From the NCBI GenBank assembly GCA_963704725.1, contig OY969934.1, forward strand, positions 288,001 through 352,000: a DNA stretch of 64,000 bases, read 5' to 3'. Below, one piece after another: positions 29,255 to 39,580 of the stretch (positions are counted from its first letter, which is position 1; the number at the start of each line of letters is the position of its first letter). This DNA comes from an uncultured Actinomycetes bacterium (GTDB lineage Bacteria > Actinomycetota > UBA4738 > HRBIN12). Both the position numbers and the translations under genes were made by a program. The notes under the pieces were generated by a model. The model was not told the origin of the DNA. It saw nothing but the letters and a program-made list of their open reading frames with translations, and searched no databases.

Positions 29255-30574
29255 ATGAAGCGCTCGTGGTGGCTCGCGCTGGGGCTCGTGCTGACGCTCG
29301 TGGCCGTGGGATGCACGAGCGGCGACGACGGCGGCGACGGCGACGGCGGATCGACGGGCGGGAACGTCCATCTCGTCATGTGGATGGGCTACACGCCCCC
29401 GCCGCCCGAAGCCGAATCCCTCGAGTACCTCTCCGTCCAGCGCATGGTGGAGGCGTTCCAGGCGGAGAACCCGGACATCACGATCGAGCTCCAGTACGTG
29501 AACAGCGACAACGCGCTGCAGAAGGCCACGGTCGCGCTGCAGGGCGACAAGCAGCCCGACATCTCGTACCAGTACGGGACGAACATGCCGCAGCTCGCGA
29601 CGAGCCCCAAGCTCGTCGACCTGACCGACCGCGTCCAGGCGGACGGCTACAACTGGGACGACTTCTACCCCGGCGAGCAGAAGGTGGCCACGGTGGACGG
29701 GAGGGTCCTCGGCGTGCCCGCGCTCGTCGACAACCTGGCCGTGGTCTACAACAAGGACCTGTTCGCGGCGGCCGGCGTGCCCGAGCCCGGCCCGGACTGG
29801 ACGTGGGCCGACCTCCGCGCGGCGGCCCAGGCCGTCACCGACCCGGCGAACAAGATCTTCGGCCTGGTCTTCCCGGCGGACGGGAGCGAAACGACGGTGT
29901 GGCAGTACGACGCGATGCTGTGGGCCGCCGGCGGCGACCTCCTCACCGACGACAACAGCCAGGTCGCGTTCAACGACGACGCCGGCGTCCGGGCTCTGAC
30001 GACGCTCACCGAGATCCAGCAGGACGGTTCCATGTACCTGGACTTCCAGCCGGACTCCGGCAAGTACGGACAGCTCTTCAACTCGGGCAAGATCGGGATG
30101 GTGATCACGGGGCCGTGGGACCTGGGCGGGTTCCCCGACGTGAACTACGGTGTGCAGGTCATGCCGTCGTTCGACCCGGGTGGGAACCACCAGACGATCG
30201 CCGGCCCGGACAACTGGGTCATCTTCGACAACGGTCCCGAGCGCGTCGACGCCGCGTGGAGGTTCCTCAGCTTCATGACCTCCCCCGAGCAGGTGCTGCA
30301 GGACTCGCTCGACACGAGCCACCTGCCGACGCGGGCGTCAGTCGCCGGGATGAGCGACTTCCAGCCGTTCTTCACGACGTACCCGGGCACCGAGGTCTTC
30401 GTCGACAACCTGGAGAACGTGGTGAACGCCCGGCCGCAGATCCCCCAGTACCCGAGGATCTCCACGGCGCTGGGCCAGGCCATCGTGAGTGCGCTCCAGG
30501 GTGACGTCTCGCCGCAGGACGCGCTCGATCAGGCGGCCGAGCAGGGCAACGGGTTCCTGGCGATCCCGGGCTGA
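29255..30574 (+). CDS. sugar ABC transporter substrate-binding lipoprotein
   Basis: Lipobox AVGC, YNKDLF, WTWADL. Confidence 0.93.
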   Translation: MKRSWWLALGLVLTLVAVGCTSGDDGGDGDGGSTGGNVHLVMWMGYTPPPPEAESLEYLSVQRMVEAFQAENPDITIELQYVNSDNALQKATVALQGDKQPDISYQYGTNMPQLATSPKLVDLTDRVQADGYNWDDFYPGEQKVATVDGRVLGVPALVDNLAVVYNKDLFAAAGVPEPGPDWTWADLRAAAQAVTDPANKIFGLVFPADGSETTVWQYDAMLWAAGGDLLTDDNSQVAFNDDAGVRALTTLTEIQQDGSMYLDFQPDSGKYGQLFNSGKIGMVITGPWDLGGFPDVNYGVQVMPSFDPGGNHQTIAGPDNWVIFDNGPERVDAAWRFLSFMTSPEQVLQDSLDTSHLPTRASVAGMSDFQPFFTTYPGTEVFVDNLENVVNARPQIPQYPRISTALGQAIVSALQGDVSPQDALDQAAEQGNGFLAIPG

Positions 30575-30580
30575 CGGCCG

Positions 30581-31474
30581 GTGGCCGTGAGCGCCCGCCG
30601 CGTCGTGCAGTCCGAGCACTTCGTCGGCTGGGCGTTCGCGTTCCCCGCGGTCGCCCTCGTCGTCGTGTTCGGCATCGTGCCGATCCTGTGGTCGGCGTTG
30701 ATGTCCTTCCAGCGCACGAACCTCATCGCGCCCGCCGAGTGGGTCGGCCTGGAGAACTACCGGGCCCTGCCCCAGGACCCGCTCTTCAAGACCGCGATGG
30801 TCCACGCCGCGATCTACACGGCGCTGTTCGTCCCGCTCTCCGTCGCCGGGGGCCTGTTCGCAGCCGTGGCCCTCAACCGGAGGATCCGAGGCATCCGGCT
30901 CTACCGGCTGGCGGTGTTCGTGCCCGTGGTCATCTCGACGATCGCGACCGTCATCATGTTCCTCGTCCTGCTGGACCCGAACTACGGGCTGGCCAACTGG
31001 CTCCTGGGGAAGGTGGGGCTGGGCCCGTTCGGCTTCTTCACCAGCTCGAACGGCGCCCTGTTCGCCATCGTCGTGATGACGGCGTGGGGGTGGGTCGGGT
31101 TCGACGCCCTGATCTACCTCGCGGCTCTCCAGGGCGTCCCCGCCGACCTGCTCGAGGCCGCGTCGATCGACGGCGCCCGACCCTGGAGCATCTTCCGGAA
31201 CGTGACGCTGCCGCTCCTCGGCCCGGCGACGCTGTTCCTGGTCGTGTTCTCGTCGATCAACGCGTGGCAGCTCTTCGACGAGGTGTATCTGGCGACGAGA
31301 GGGGGGCCGGGCAGCGCCACGTACGTCCCCGTCTACTACCTGTTCACGCTGGCGTTCCAGCAGGGGATCGCCGGGTACGCCGCGGCGATCGCGTACGTCC
31401 TGCTCCTGGTCATCCTCGTCTTCACGGTCATCGAGCTGTGGGTGGGCAAGCGACTCGTGTACTACGCCTCATGA
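30581..31474 (+). CDS. sugar ABC permease
   Basis: EAASIDGA motif, VGLENY. Confidence 0.95.
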   Translation: MAVSARRVVQSEHFVGWAFAFPAVALVVVFGIVPILWSALMSFQRTNLIAPAEWVGLENYRALPQDPLFKTAMVHAAIYTALFVPLSVAGGLFAAVALNRRIRGIRLYRLAVFVPVVISTIATVIMFLVLLDPNYGLANWLLGKVGLGPFGFFTSSNGALFAIVVMTAWGWVGFDALIYLAALQGVPADLLEAASIDGARPWSIFRNVTLPLLGPATLFLVVFSSINAWQLFDEVYLATRGGPGSATYVPVYYLFTLAFQQGIAGYAAAIAYVLLLVILVFTVIELWVGKRLVYYAS

Positions 31475-32349
31475 CCGACGTCCTCGAACGCCCCGTGCTC
31501 TCCCCGCTCCCCGACGACGAGGCGAACCGGCGGCGTCGCTTCCTGTTCAGCCCGTGGCACCTCGTCCTGCTGCCGCTCGCGCTCCTGATGATCCTTCCGC
31601 TGGCCTGGATGGTGATCACGTCGCTCGAGACGCTGAACGAGACCCGACACTTCCCGCCCATCGTGATCCCGAGCGGCCTGCAGGGACACAACTACACCGA
31701 GGTCCTGCGGCGGGCCCCGTTCGGGTGGTGGATGCTCAACACGGTCATCGTCACCGGCGCGGTCGTCGTCGGGAACCTGCTGTTCTGCAGCCTGGCGGGC
31801 TACGCGTTCGCGCGGTTCAAGTTCTTCGGTCGGGACGTCGTGTTCCTGCTCGTGCTGGCCACGCTGATGGTCCCGTTCCAGGTCATCCTGATCCCGACGT
31901 TCGTGATCCTGCGCAAGCTCGGCCTCATCGACACGCTCGGAGCGCTGATCCTGCCGAACCTCTCGGGCGCGTTCGGCATCTTCCTCCTCCGGCAGTTCTT
32001 CCGGACGCTCCCGATCGAGCTCGAGGAGGCGGCGCGGATCGACGGAGCCTCGCGGCTCGGCGTGCTGTTCAAGATCGTGCTGCCGCTGTCGGGGCCGGCG
32101 CTCGCGACGCTGGCCATCGTCACGTTCCTGTGGACGTGGAACGACTTCCTGCTCCCGCTCGTGACCATCTACTCTCCGAACCACATGACGCTGCAGCTCG
32201 GTCTCGCGACGTTCCAGGGCGCCCATTCGACGAACACGCACCTGCTCATGGCGGCGAACGTGATGAGCCTCGTGCCGATGCTGGTGCTGTTCCTCGTGCT
32301 GCAGCGGTACTTCATCCGCGGCATCGCCACGACCGGGCTCAAGGGGTGA
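31471..32349 (+). CDS. sugar ABC permease
   Basis: ELEEAARIDGA, WNDFL. Confidence 0.95.
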   Translation: MTDVLERPVLSPLPDDEANRRRRFLFSPWHLVLLPLALLMILPLAWMVITSLETLNETRHFPPIVIPSGLQGHNYTEVLRRAPFGWWMLNTVIVTGAVVVGNLLFCSLAGYAFARFKFFGRDVVFLLVLATLMVPFQVILIPTFVILRKLGLIDTLGALILPNLSGAFGIFLLRQFFRTLPIELEEAARIDGASRLGVLFKIVLPLSGPALATLAIVTFLWTWNDFLLPLVTIYSPNHMTLQLGLATFQGAHSTNTHLLMAANVMSLVPMLVLFLVLQRYFIRGIATTGLKG

Positions 32350-32353
32350 GGTC

Positions 32354-33469
32354 GTGGCCGAGGTCGTGATCGACGGCGTCACGAAGGAGTTCCTCGGCGG
32401 CGCGGTGGCCCTGGAGGACCTGTCGCTGCAGATCCCCGACGGCGAGTTCATGATCCTGGTCGGGCCGTCGGGATGCGGGAAGACGACCGCGCTCCGCTGT
32501 GTCGCCGGGCTCGAGCGGCCGACGCGCGGCCGGATCCTGATCGGCGATCGGGTCGTCAACGACGTGACCCCGCGGGACCGGGACATCGCCATGGTCTTCC
32601 AGAGCTACGCCCTGTATCCGCACATGTCGGTCCGCCGGAACCTGGCGTTCGGCCTGAAGGAGCGGAGGACGCCGAAGCCGGAGGTCGAGCGGCGGGTCCT
32701 CGAGATCAGCTCGATGCTCGGCCTCGACGACCTGCTCAAGCGCCGCCCGGCGCAGCTCTCGGGCGGGCAGCGGCAGCGGGTGGCGATGGGGCGGGCGCTC
32801 GTGCGCGAGCCGAAGGCGTTCCTGCTGGACGAGCCGCTGTCGAACCTCGACGCGAAGCTCCGCGTGCAGATGCGGGCCGAGCTCAAGCGGCTCCACGCCC
32901 GGCTCGGCATCACTACGATCTACGTGACGCACGACCAGGTCGAGGCCATGACCCTCGGCGACCGCATCGGCGTCCTGTCCGCCGGCCGCCTGCAGCAGGT
33001 CGGGCCGCCGCAAGAGCTCTACGACCGGCCGTGCAACCTGTTCGTCGCCGGGTTCATCGGGAGCCCGCCGATGAACCTGGTGCGCGGGATGGCCTCGGCC
33101 GGTCGCGTCACCGCGGGGGACCTGACCTTCGAACGAGGCGGCGTCCCGGACGGGGAGGTCGCGATCGGCATGCGCCCGGAGGCCTACGTCCCGGGCGACG
33201 ACGGGCTGCCGTCGCTCGAGCTGCTGGTCGACGTCGTCGAGCCACTCGGCGACGAGGTGGTCGTCCACGGGACCACGCCGGGCACCGCCGTCGAGAGTGG
33301 CGCCGAGGAGGAGGAGGTCCCGGTCGCCGTGGAGGAGTCGCGGGCTCCCATCACCGCGCGGTTCGACCCCGACGTTCGGCTGCGACCCGGCGAGCGGATC
33401 CGGCTCGGCGTCCGGCCCGAGCGCGTGCACCTGTTCGACGTTCGCACGGGCGTCGCGATCGGCCGCTGA
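32354..33469 (+). CDS. sugar ABC ATP-binding protein (MalK/MsiK-like)
   Basis: GPSGCGKT, LSGGQRQR, DEPLSNLDAKLR. Confidence 0.96.
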   Translation: MAEVVIDGVTKEFLGGAVALEDLSLQIPDGEFMILVGPSGCGKTTALRCVAGLERPTRGRILIGDRVVNDVTPRDRDIAMVFQSYALYPHMSVRRNLAFGLKERRTPKPEVERRVLEISSMLGLDDLLKRRPAQLSGGQRQRVAMGRALVREPKAFLLDEPLSNLDAKLRVQMRAELKRLHARLGITTIYVTHDQVEAMTLGDRIGVLSAGRLQQVGPPQELYDRPCNLFVAGFIGSPPMNLVRGMASAGRVTAGDLTFERGGVPDGEVAIGMRPEAYVPGDDGLPSLELLVDVVEPLGDEVVVHGTTPGTAVESGAEEEEVPVAVEESRAPITARFDPDVRLRPGERIRLGVRPERVHLFDVRTGVAIGR

Positions 33470-34962
33470 TCACCGGCAGGGCGTCCAGGGCTCGCGTAGA
33501 GGCTGTAGTTCCGGGCCTTGACGATCGAGCTGAAGTCCCAGGCGTTCGCCGTGTCGCAGAACTCGCCGGGGTCGAGCCGGTACTCGGCCTGGAAGACCGG
33601 CTTGCCGGACTCGATGAACGCCCGCCAGGCCGGCGCCGGGATAGCCGCCGCCGTCGCACTCGTCGTACTGGAAGCACTGCTCGTTGATCGCGTAGTCGAA
33701 CGACGAGAGCAGGTCCTGCGATCTGGCCGCCGTCATTCTTCAGCGCGACCGAGAGGCCGTCGGCGTGCGCCATCTCGGCGAGAGCCAGGTCGTACGCGAG
33801 CTGCGTCCGGGAGCTCACGCGCCAGCCGGTCGTGTCCCGTCCCTGCGCGTAGGTGTCGACGATGTCGTACTCGATGCCGTCGAACCCGGCCGCCGCGACC
33901 CGGTCGGTTCTCGCGCGCATCATCTGGAGCATGAAGTCGCGCTGGCCGTGGTCGTCGTTCAGGTTCGCCCAGTACTCGTCGGGGAAGCGGCGGCTGAACG
34001 GGTTGCCGAGCAGGCAGCCGTCGCACCGCCGGTCGAAGTCGACGAACTGCGCGTAGTCGGGGCGCCATCGCTCGGCGTCCCCCGCGGTCACGTAGCCGAT
34101 CGCGTGGCGGTCCGAGGCGTGGATCGCGTCGACGGCCGCCGTGTCGATCACGTAGCCGAACCGGCCGGCGATCTGTGGGTCGACGTAGATGTCGATGTCG
34201 AAGACGTCCGGACGCACACACGGGCCGCCGCCGAACGGCGGTTCGCAGACGTCGACGTCGATCCCGTTGGTCGCCTCGTGCTCCCCAGCCCGGGCCTCGA
34301 GCTGCCACTGCCAACGGGTGCCGACGGCGGGGAGCCACGGTGCCGAGGCGGGGCCGGCGCTCGAGTAGACCCACAGGGACTCCCAATCGAGGCGGGCGTC
34401 GCCGGGCTCGGCCGCCCGGAGCCGGATCCGCAGCTCACGCGTGCCGGGGTCCACGAGGTCGGCGAGGCTCGCGCCCGGCGCGTGGATCACGTTGTCCTGC
34501 ACGTACTTCCACCGGGCGCGCCGGAGGTCGTCGCACGGCCACTGGGCCGTCCCCGCGTCGCCGCCGCAGTGGTTCTGGTTCCCGAGCCGGACCCACGCGT
34601 CGCGCGCCCAGTCGAACGCGCTCCACGTCCATGCGTTCGATCGCGCCCTCGGGCCGCGGAGGTTCGCCACGAGCGTGATCGTCGTGACGGCCGAGGGCGC
34701 GACGTCGGCCGGCAGGACGTACGTGCGGGTGCCCGAGTACGGCTCGTCGGTCCCGGTCAGCCTGGACGAAGCGGGACGGGTCGTCCTGCGTCCCCGACTG
34801 ATCGCGCGCCGCGAGCGCCTCGACCGATCCCTCGTGCGAGCCGACGGCGTCGGTCAGGGCGGTCGGCGCGAGCTCGCTCAGGCGGACGGGTTCGGCGGCG
34901 GCGGTCGACGGCACGCTGAGGAGCGTTCCGACGATCGCCAGCGCGACGACGAGCCGATTCAC
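33470..34962 (-). CDS. secreted GH114 endo-alpha-1,4-polygalactosaminidase-like protein (about 4 frameshifts)
   Basis: Signal peptide, extra N-domain, then WQWQL, FDID, ERWRPD, GFDGIEYD, LKND, AINEQCFQYDEC, KPVFQAEY, spread over several frames. Confidence 0.8.
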
Positions 34963-36296
34963 CGGTCGAACTGTGGCAGCCATCGCGCCTCCGCTTCGAG
35001 CATCCGATCCGCCATCTCGTGGATCCGGGGCAGGGTGAGCACGGCGCCCGTCAGCGGGTCGAGTGCGAGGGCCGTGTGGACGAGGTCCCGGTCGCCGGTG
35101 GTCGCCGCCTCGACGGTCAGGCGCTGCACGTTGACCTGGACCTCGTTGAGCGCGGCGCAGGCCGGCGGGAGCGCACCGTAGGGCGTGGGGTGCACGCCGT
35201 TCGCGTCGACCGAGCACGCCACCTCGACGCAGGCGTCGGGCGGGAGGTTGTCGATCAGCCCGGCGTTGCGCACGTTCCCGTACACGACGCGCGGCGTTCC
35301 GGTGACCATGCTGTCGACGATGAGCGCCGCGAACTCGCCTCCGTGCCGGAGCCCGTTCGTCCGCGCGTCCTCGACGATGTCCTCGTTCGTCACGTCGGCC
35401 GTCGTCGACCGGCAGATCTCGAGGTAGTCCCACCGGCGGTCCAGGTACTCCTCGACCAGCTCGGGCGTCTTGCGGAACCACGCCCAGTACTCGCTGGCGT
35501 GGTGGCTCGACTCGGTGTGGAAGTAGCCCGTGAGCCGCATGAGCTCGGCCCGGACGCGCTCGATGCTCTCGTAGGCGTCGTCCGACCGCGGCAGCAGGGG
35601 GATCGAGCGCTCCACGTGCCGCCGCGTCATGACGTCGCGGATCCGGGGGATCAGGTCCTCGTCGCCGCGGCGAAACGTCGTGAACCAGGCCGTGTGGTTC
35701 ACGCCGGCGCACTCGAAGGTCACCTCGTCGCGCGGAACCCCGAGCTCGCGAGCCAGGAGCTCGGACGTCCCCTGGACGCTGTGGCACAGGCCGACGACGT
35801 TCACGCGGGTGAGGTCCGTGGCCCAGCAGTTCACCGACATGGGGTTCGCGTAGTTGAGGAGGAGGGCGTCCGGGCAGATCTCGAGCATGGTCTCGGCCAC
35901 CACGCGGAGCGCCTCGACCGTCCGCAGCCCGCGGAACAGCCCGCCCGGCCCGAGCGTGTCGCCTACGGTCTGGTCGATCCCGAACTCCCGGGGGATCTCG
36001 ATGTCGGCGCCGTACGCGTCGAGTCCCCCGACCTGGAACACCGTCAACACGACGTCGGCGCCGGCGAGAGCCTCGCGCAGCTCGCGCGCCACGCGGACGC
36101 GCGCGGGCACCCGACCGATCTCGATCAGGGCCTCGACGAAGCCGCGGGTGCGCTCCGCCGCCGGGACGTCGAGGTCGTACAGCACGAACTCGGAGCCCCC
36201 CAGCGCCGGGAACGAGAGCACGTCGCGGGCGAGCTCCAGCGGGAACACCCACCCGCCCGCGCCCACGATCACGATCCGCGGCGTCTCCGAGGGCAT
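34959..36296 (-). CDS. GH4 glycoside hydrolase (second paralog)
   Basis: VGAGG, QTVGDTLGPGG, NYANPM, CHSV, TESSHH. Confidence 0.93.
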   Translation of the reverse strand: MPSETPRIVIVGAGGWVFPLELARDVLSFPALGGSEFVLYDLDVPAAERTRGFVEALIEIGRVPARVRVARELREALAGADVVLTVFQVGGLDAYGADIEIPREFGIDQTVGDTLGPGGLFRGLRTVEALRVVAETMLEICPDALLLNYANPMSVNCWATDLTRVNVVGLCHSVQGTSELLARELGVPRDEVTFECAGVNHTAWFTTFRRGDEDLIPRIRDVMTRRHVERSIPLLPRSDDAYESIERVRAELMRLTGYFHTESSHHASEYWAWFRKTPELVEEYLDRRWDYLEICRSTTADVTNEDIVEDARTNGLRHGGEFAALIVDSMVTGTPRVVYGNVRNAGLIDNLPPDACVEVACSVDANGVHPTPYGALPPACAALNEVQVNVQRLTVEAATTGDRDLVHTALALDPLTGAVLTLPRIHEMADRMLEAEARWLPQFDR

Positions 36297-36384
36297 GTCG
36301 TGCCGATCCTAGCGAACCACCGGTGCGCCCCGGTCGAAGGAGGGTCGGGCCGCATCGACGCCGCCCAGGCGGAAGGAGAGGTTC

Positions 36385-36864
36385 ATGAGACGGATCGGGA
36401 TCATCGCGATCTCGGCGGGACTGGCGCTGGCGCTGGCCGCGTGCAGCAGCACGACGAACGACTCGACGTCGACGTCGCCGACGGGCGCAGCCGCCGCATC
36501 GACCGCCCCGGCCGGTTCGACGGCTCCGGCCGCGACGAGCACACCGGCCGCGACGAGCACACCGGAGGACTCCGGCGGACTCTCGGGCACCTGGTCGGGG
36601 CAGTACGACGGCGCCTACCACGGCACCTTCGTCCTCGACTGGCAGCAATCGGGGACGAACCTCAGCGGCACGATCGAGCTGTCGTCTCCGGCCCAGACCC
36701 TCAGCATCGACGGGACCGTGGAGGGGGGCACGATCAGCTTCGGCACCGTCGGCTCGACGGCGATCACCTACTCGGGAACGGTCTCCGGCGACTCGATGTC
36801 GGGCACGTACGAGGTTCAGGACGGGAGCGGCGGCTCTTGGAGCGCCGCCAAGGAGAGCTCCTGA
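36385..36864 (+). CDS. small lipoprotein with Ser/Thr/Ala linker and beta-rich domain
   Basis: Lipobox LAAC, LSGTWSG..SGSWSA-like domain. Confidence 0.8.
   Translation: MRRIGIIAISAGLALALAACSSTTNDSTSTSPTGAAAASTAPAGSTAPAATSTPAATSTPEDSGGLSGTWSGQYDGAYHGTFVLDWQQSGTNLSGTIELSSPAQTLSIDGTVEGGTISFGTVGSTAITYSGTVSGDSMSGTYEVQDGSGGSWSAAKESS
36526..36565 (+). repeat. 18-bp tandem repeat (PAATST x2) in the lipoprotein linker
   Basis: ccggccgcgacgagcaca occurs twice, followed by ccgg. Confidence 0.8.
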
Positions 36865-36967
36865 GCGAGGGGACCGGCGGCCCGGCGCGGCTCCGCGGCC
36901 CGGCGCGTCGTCGCTCCCTCGGCGCGAGCGCCGGACACGGAGGCCGCGAGCGGGAGAAGATGCGTCC

Positions 36968-37723
36968 GTGCGCGGTCTGGACGACCAGGGGGTGCTCGTC
37001 ACCGGCGGGTCGAGCGGGATCGGCTTCGCGATCGCCGAGCGATTCCTCGCCGAGGGCGCGCGCGTGTTCCTGTGCGGCGTCGACCAGCCCGAGGTGACGG
37101 CGGCGCTGGATCGGCTGGGGCCGGATCGCCCCGTCGCCGGCGCGCCGTGCGACGTCAGCGGGCCCGACGGCGTCGCCGCCCTGGTCGAGGCCGCCGAGCG
37201 GTTCCTCGGCCGGATCGACGTGCTGGCCAACAACGCCGGCATCGCGAGCAAGGCCAGGTTCCTCGACCTGGACCTGGCCGAGCTGGGACCGCACGATCGC
37301 GGTGAACCTCCGCGGGATGTTCCTCGTGGCCCAGGCGGTCGCCCGGCGCATGGTGGCCGAGGCGGCGGCGGGTGCATCGTCAACATGGCCTCGACGAACG
37401 CCCTCGGTGGGGAGGAGGAGTTCGCCCACTACAACGCGTCGAAGGGCGGCGTGCTCCAGCTCACCCGGACGATGGCGATCGAGCTCGCCCCCCGCGGCGT
37501 GCGCGTGAACTGCGTCTGCCCCGGGTTCATCGACACGCCGCTGAACGCGGCCCTGGCCGACGAGGATGCCTCGCGCGCGTACGAGCGTGACAAGATCCCG
37601 CTCGGCCGCCGGGGCCGGCCCGAGGAGGTCGCCGCGGTGTTCGCGTTCCTCGCCTCGGACGACGCCTCGTTCGTCCACGGCGCCGCCGTCGTGGTGGACG
37701 GCGGCCAGACCGCGGTGATGTGA
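36968..37723 (+). CDS. SDR oxidoreductase (compensating frameshifts at ~37283 and ~37361)
   Basis: TGGSSGIG, NNAGI, YNASKGG. The expected WDRTIAVNLRGMF segment is in another frame. Confidence 0.88.
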   Translation: MRGLDDQGVLVTGGSSGIGFAIAERFLAEGARVFLCGVDQPEVTAALDRLGPDRPVAGAPCDVSGPDGVAALVEAAERFLGRIDVLANNAGIASKARFLDLDLAELGPHDRGEPPRDVPRGPGGRPAHGGRGGGGCIVNMASTNALGGEEEFAHYNASKGGVLQLTRTMAIELAPRGVRVNCVCPGFIDTPLNAALADEDASRAYERDKIPLGRRGRPEEVAAVFAFLASDDASFVHGAAVVVDGGQTAVM

Positions 37724-37734
37724 AGGAGACGCCC

Positions 37735-38571
37735 GTGCCCACGCCGCTCGATCGCACCAGGCAGATCCCGACCGGTCCGGGCAAGGTCACGCTGTGCTGG
37801 CTTGGGCAGGCGGGGTTCGTCGCGCGCGGGCCGGAGGCGACCGTCCTCATCGACCCGTTCCTCTCGCCCCACCGCGGGCGGTTGTACGAGAGCGCCCTCC
37901 CCCCGGCCGAGGCCTCCGGCGTCGACGTCGTGCTCTGCACGCACGAGCACGTCGATCACTTCGACGCGGCGAGCGCGCCGGCCATCGCTAAGGCCTCGCC
38001 CGGCGCGGTCTTCGTGGTGCCCGCTCCGATCGTGGACATGGTGACCGAGGCGGGCATCGCCGCGGAACGCGTGGTGGGGCTTCAGCCGGGGGGCCCCGTC
38101 GAGGTGGCCGGGGTCACGCTCCGCGCCATGCCGGCCATGCACGGGGTCACGATGGCCGACGCGTACGGGTTCGGCGAGGCGCTCTCCGGGGGGATGATCA
38201 GGTTCCTCGGCTACGTGGTGGACCTCGGCGGCGTGCGGCTGTACCACGCGGGCGACACGATCCACTACGAGGGGATGGAGACGCGGCTCCGCGAGCTGTC
38301 GATCGACGTCGCCCTCCTGCCGATCAACGGCCGCGACCCCGAGCGCGAGGGCCGGGACATCGTGGGGAACCTCTCCGAGCGCGAGGCCGCGTGGCTCGCC
38401 GGCGAGATCGACGCGGGCGTGCTCATCCCTATGCACCACGACCTGTTCGAGCGGAACCGCGGCTACCCGGCCCACGTCGTCGAGAGCGTCGAGCGCGAGC
38501 ACCCCGGGACCGCCGTGCTGGTCCCGCCGCGCGAGGTGCCGTTCGTCCTCGCGCCGGCGAGGCCGGCGTGA
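37735..38571 (+). CDS. MBL-fold hydrolase (UlaG-like)
   Basis: WLGQAGF, THEHVDHFD, YHAGDT, LPING, PMHHD. Confidence 0.88.
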   Translation: MPTPLDRTRQIPTGPGKVTLCWLGQAGFVARGPEATVLIDPFLSPHRGRLYESALPPAEASGVDVVLCTHEHVDHFDAASAPAIAKASPGAVFVVPAPIVDMVTEAGIAAERVVGLQPGGPVEVAGVTLRAMPAMHGVTMADAYGFGEALSGGMIRFLGYVVDLGGVRLYHAGDTIHYEGMETRLRELSIDVALLPINGRDPEREGRDIVGNLSEREAAWLAGEIDAGVLIPMHHDLFERNRGYPAHVVESVEREHPGTAVLVPPREVPFVLAPARPA

Positions 38572-39566
38572 ACGCGCTCGTCTACCTCGGCCCCCGGCGG
38601 ATGTCGTGGCAGGAGGAACCCGATCCCGAGCCGGGCCCGGGGGAGGTGGTGATCCGGGCCACGGCCTCGGCCGTGTGCGGCTCCGACCTCCACGGCTTCC
38701 GGGAGGCCAGCCCGCGACGGATCCCCCCGCTCGTCATGGGACACGAGACCGTGGGCCGGATCGACGCGGTGGGCGAGGGCGTGGACGCCTCGCGCATCGG
38801 CGAGCGGGTCGTGCTCAAGCCGATCCTGGCGTGCGGCGCGTGCGACCGGTGTCTCGAGGGACGCGACAACATCTGCCGGCAGGGACGTCTCGTGGGGCGG
38901 GACCTCGCCGGCGGGTTCGCCGAGCGCTTCGCCGTCCCGGCGCCGGCGACGGTCCCGATCGCCGGGGACGTGTCCGACGACGTCGCCACCCTGACCGAGC
39001 CGCTGGCGAACGCCGTCCACGTGACGAGCCGGAGCGTGGCCCTCGGTGACACGGTGCTGGTGATCGGCGCCGGGCCGATCGGCGCGCTCATGGCGCGGAT
39101 GGCCGTCGAGCGCGGGGCATCGGCCGTGTTCTCGGCCGATCGCATCCCCTCGCGCCTGGAGCTCGCTCGGGCGCAGGGCGCCCGGCCGCTCGACCCGGAC
39201 GACCCGGAGGGCTCGATGCGGCGCGAAATCGCCGACGGCGTCGACGTGGTGATCGACGCGGTGGGGGTCGAGGCGACGTGGGCCCTTGGCCTCCGCTCGG
39301 TGCGTCCGGGTGGCCGGATCGAGGTGGTGGGTCTCGGGGCGCCCGCCGGGACGATCGACTTCTTCTCCGTGGTCGGCCGCGAGGTCCAGGTCTCCGGGTC
39401 GTTCGGCTGGACGAGCGAAGACTTCCGCCGCGCGCTCGAGCTCGTCGAGGGCGGCTCGATCGACGTCGCCGGGTGGCTGACGGGCTTCTCGATGGCCGAG
39501 GGTCAGCGCGCGTTCGAGGAGCTCGTCGACGGCACGGCACTGTTCAAGGTGGTCCTCGCTCCTTGA
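38568..39566 (+). CDS. Zn-dependent (sugar alcohol-type) dehydrogenase
   Basis: CGSD, GHE, CxxCxxC..C, GAGPIG. Confidence 0.92.
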   Translation: MNALVYLGPRRMSWQEEPDPEPGPGEVVIRATASAVCGSDLHGFREASPRRIPPLVMGHETVGRIDAVGEGVDASRIGERVVLKPILACGACDRCLEGRDNICRQGRLVGRDLAGGFAERFAVPAPATVPIAGDVSDDVATLTEPLANAVHVTSRSVALGDTVLVIGAGPIGALMARMAVERGASAVFSADRIPSRLELARAQGARPLDPDDPEGSMRREIADGVDVVIDAVGVEATWALGLRSVRPGGRIEVVGLGAPAGTIDFFSVVGREVQVSGSFGWTSEDFRRALELVEGGSIDVAGWLTGFSMAEGQRAFEELVDGTALFKVVLAP

Positions 39567-39580
39567 ACCCGAACGCGGCG

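Noticed and set aside
16238-36960. GC-rich intergenic hairpin-like stretches (16780-16840, 21580-21670, 36865-36960) as a REP family or ncRNAs
   Set aside because: They share no clear sequence with one another, and pairing is expected by chance at this GC content.
37280-37365. Programmed double recoding in the SDR gene
   Set aside because: No slippery site or stimulator; a compensating indel pair in an error-rich stretch is simpler.
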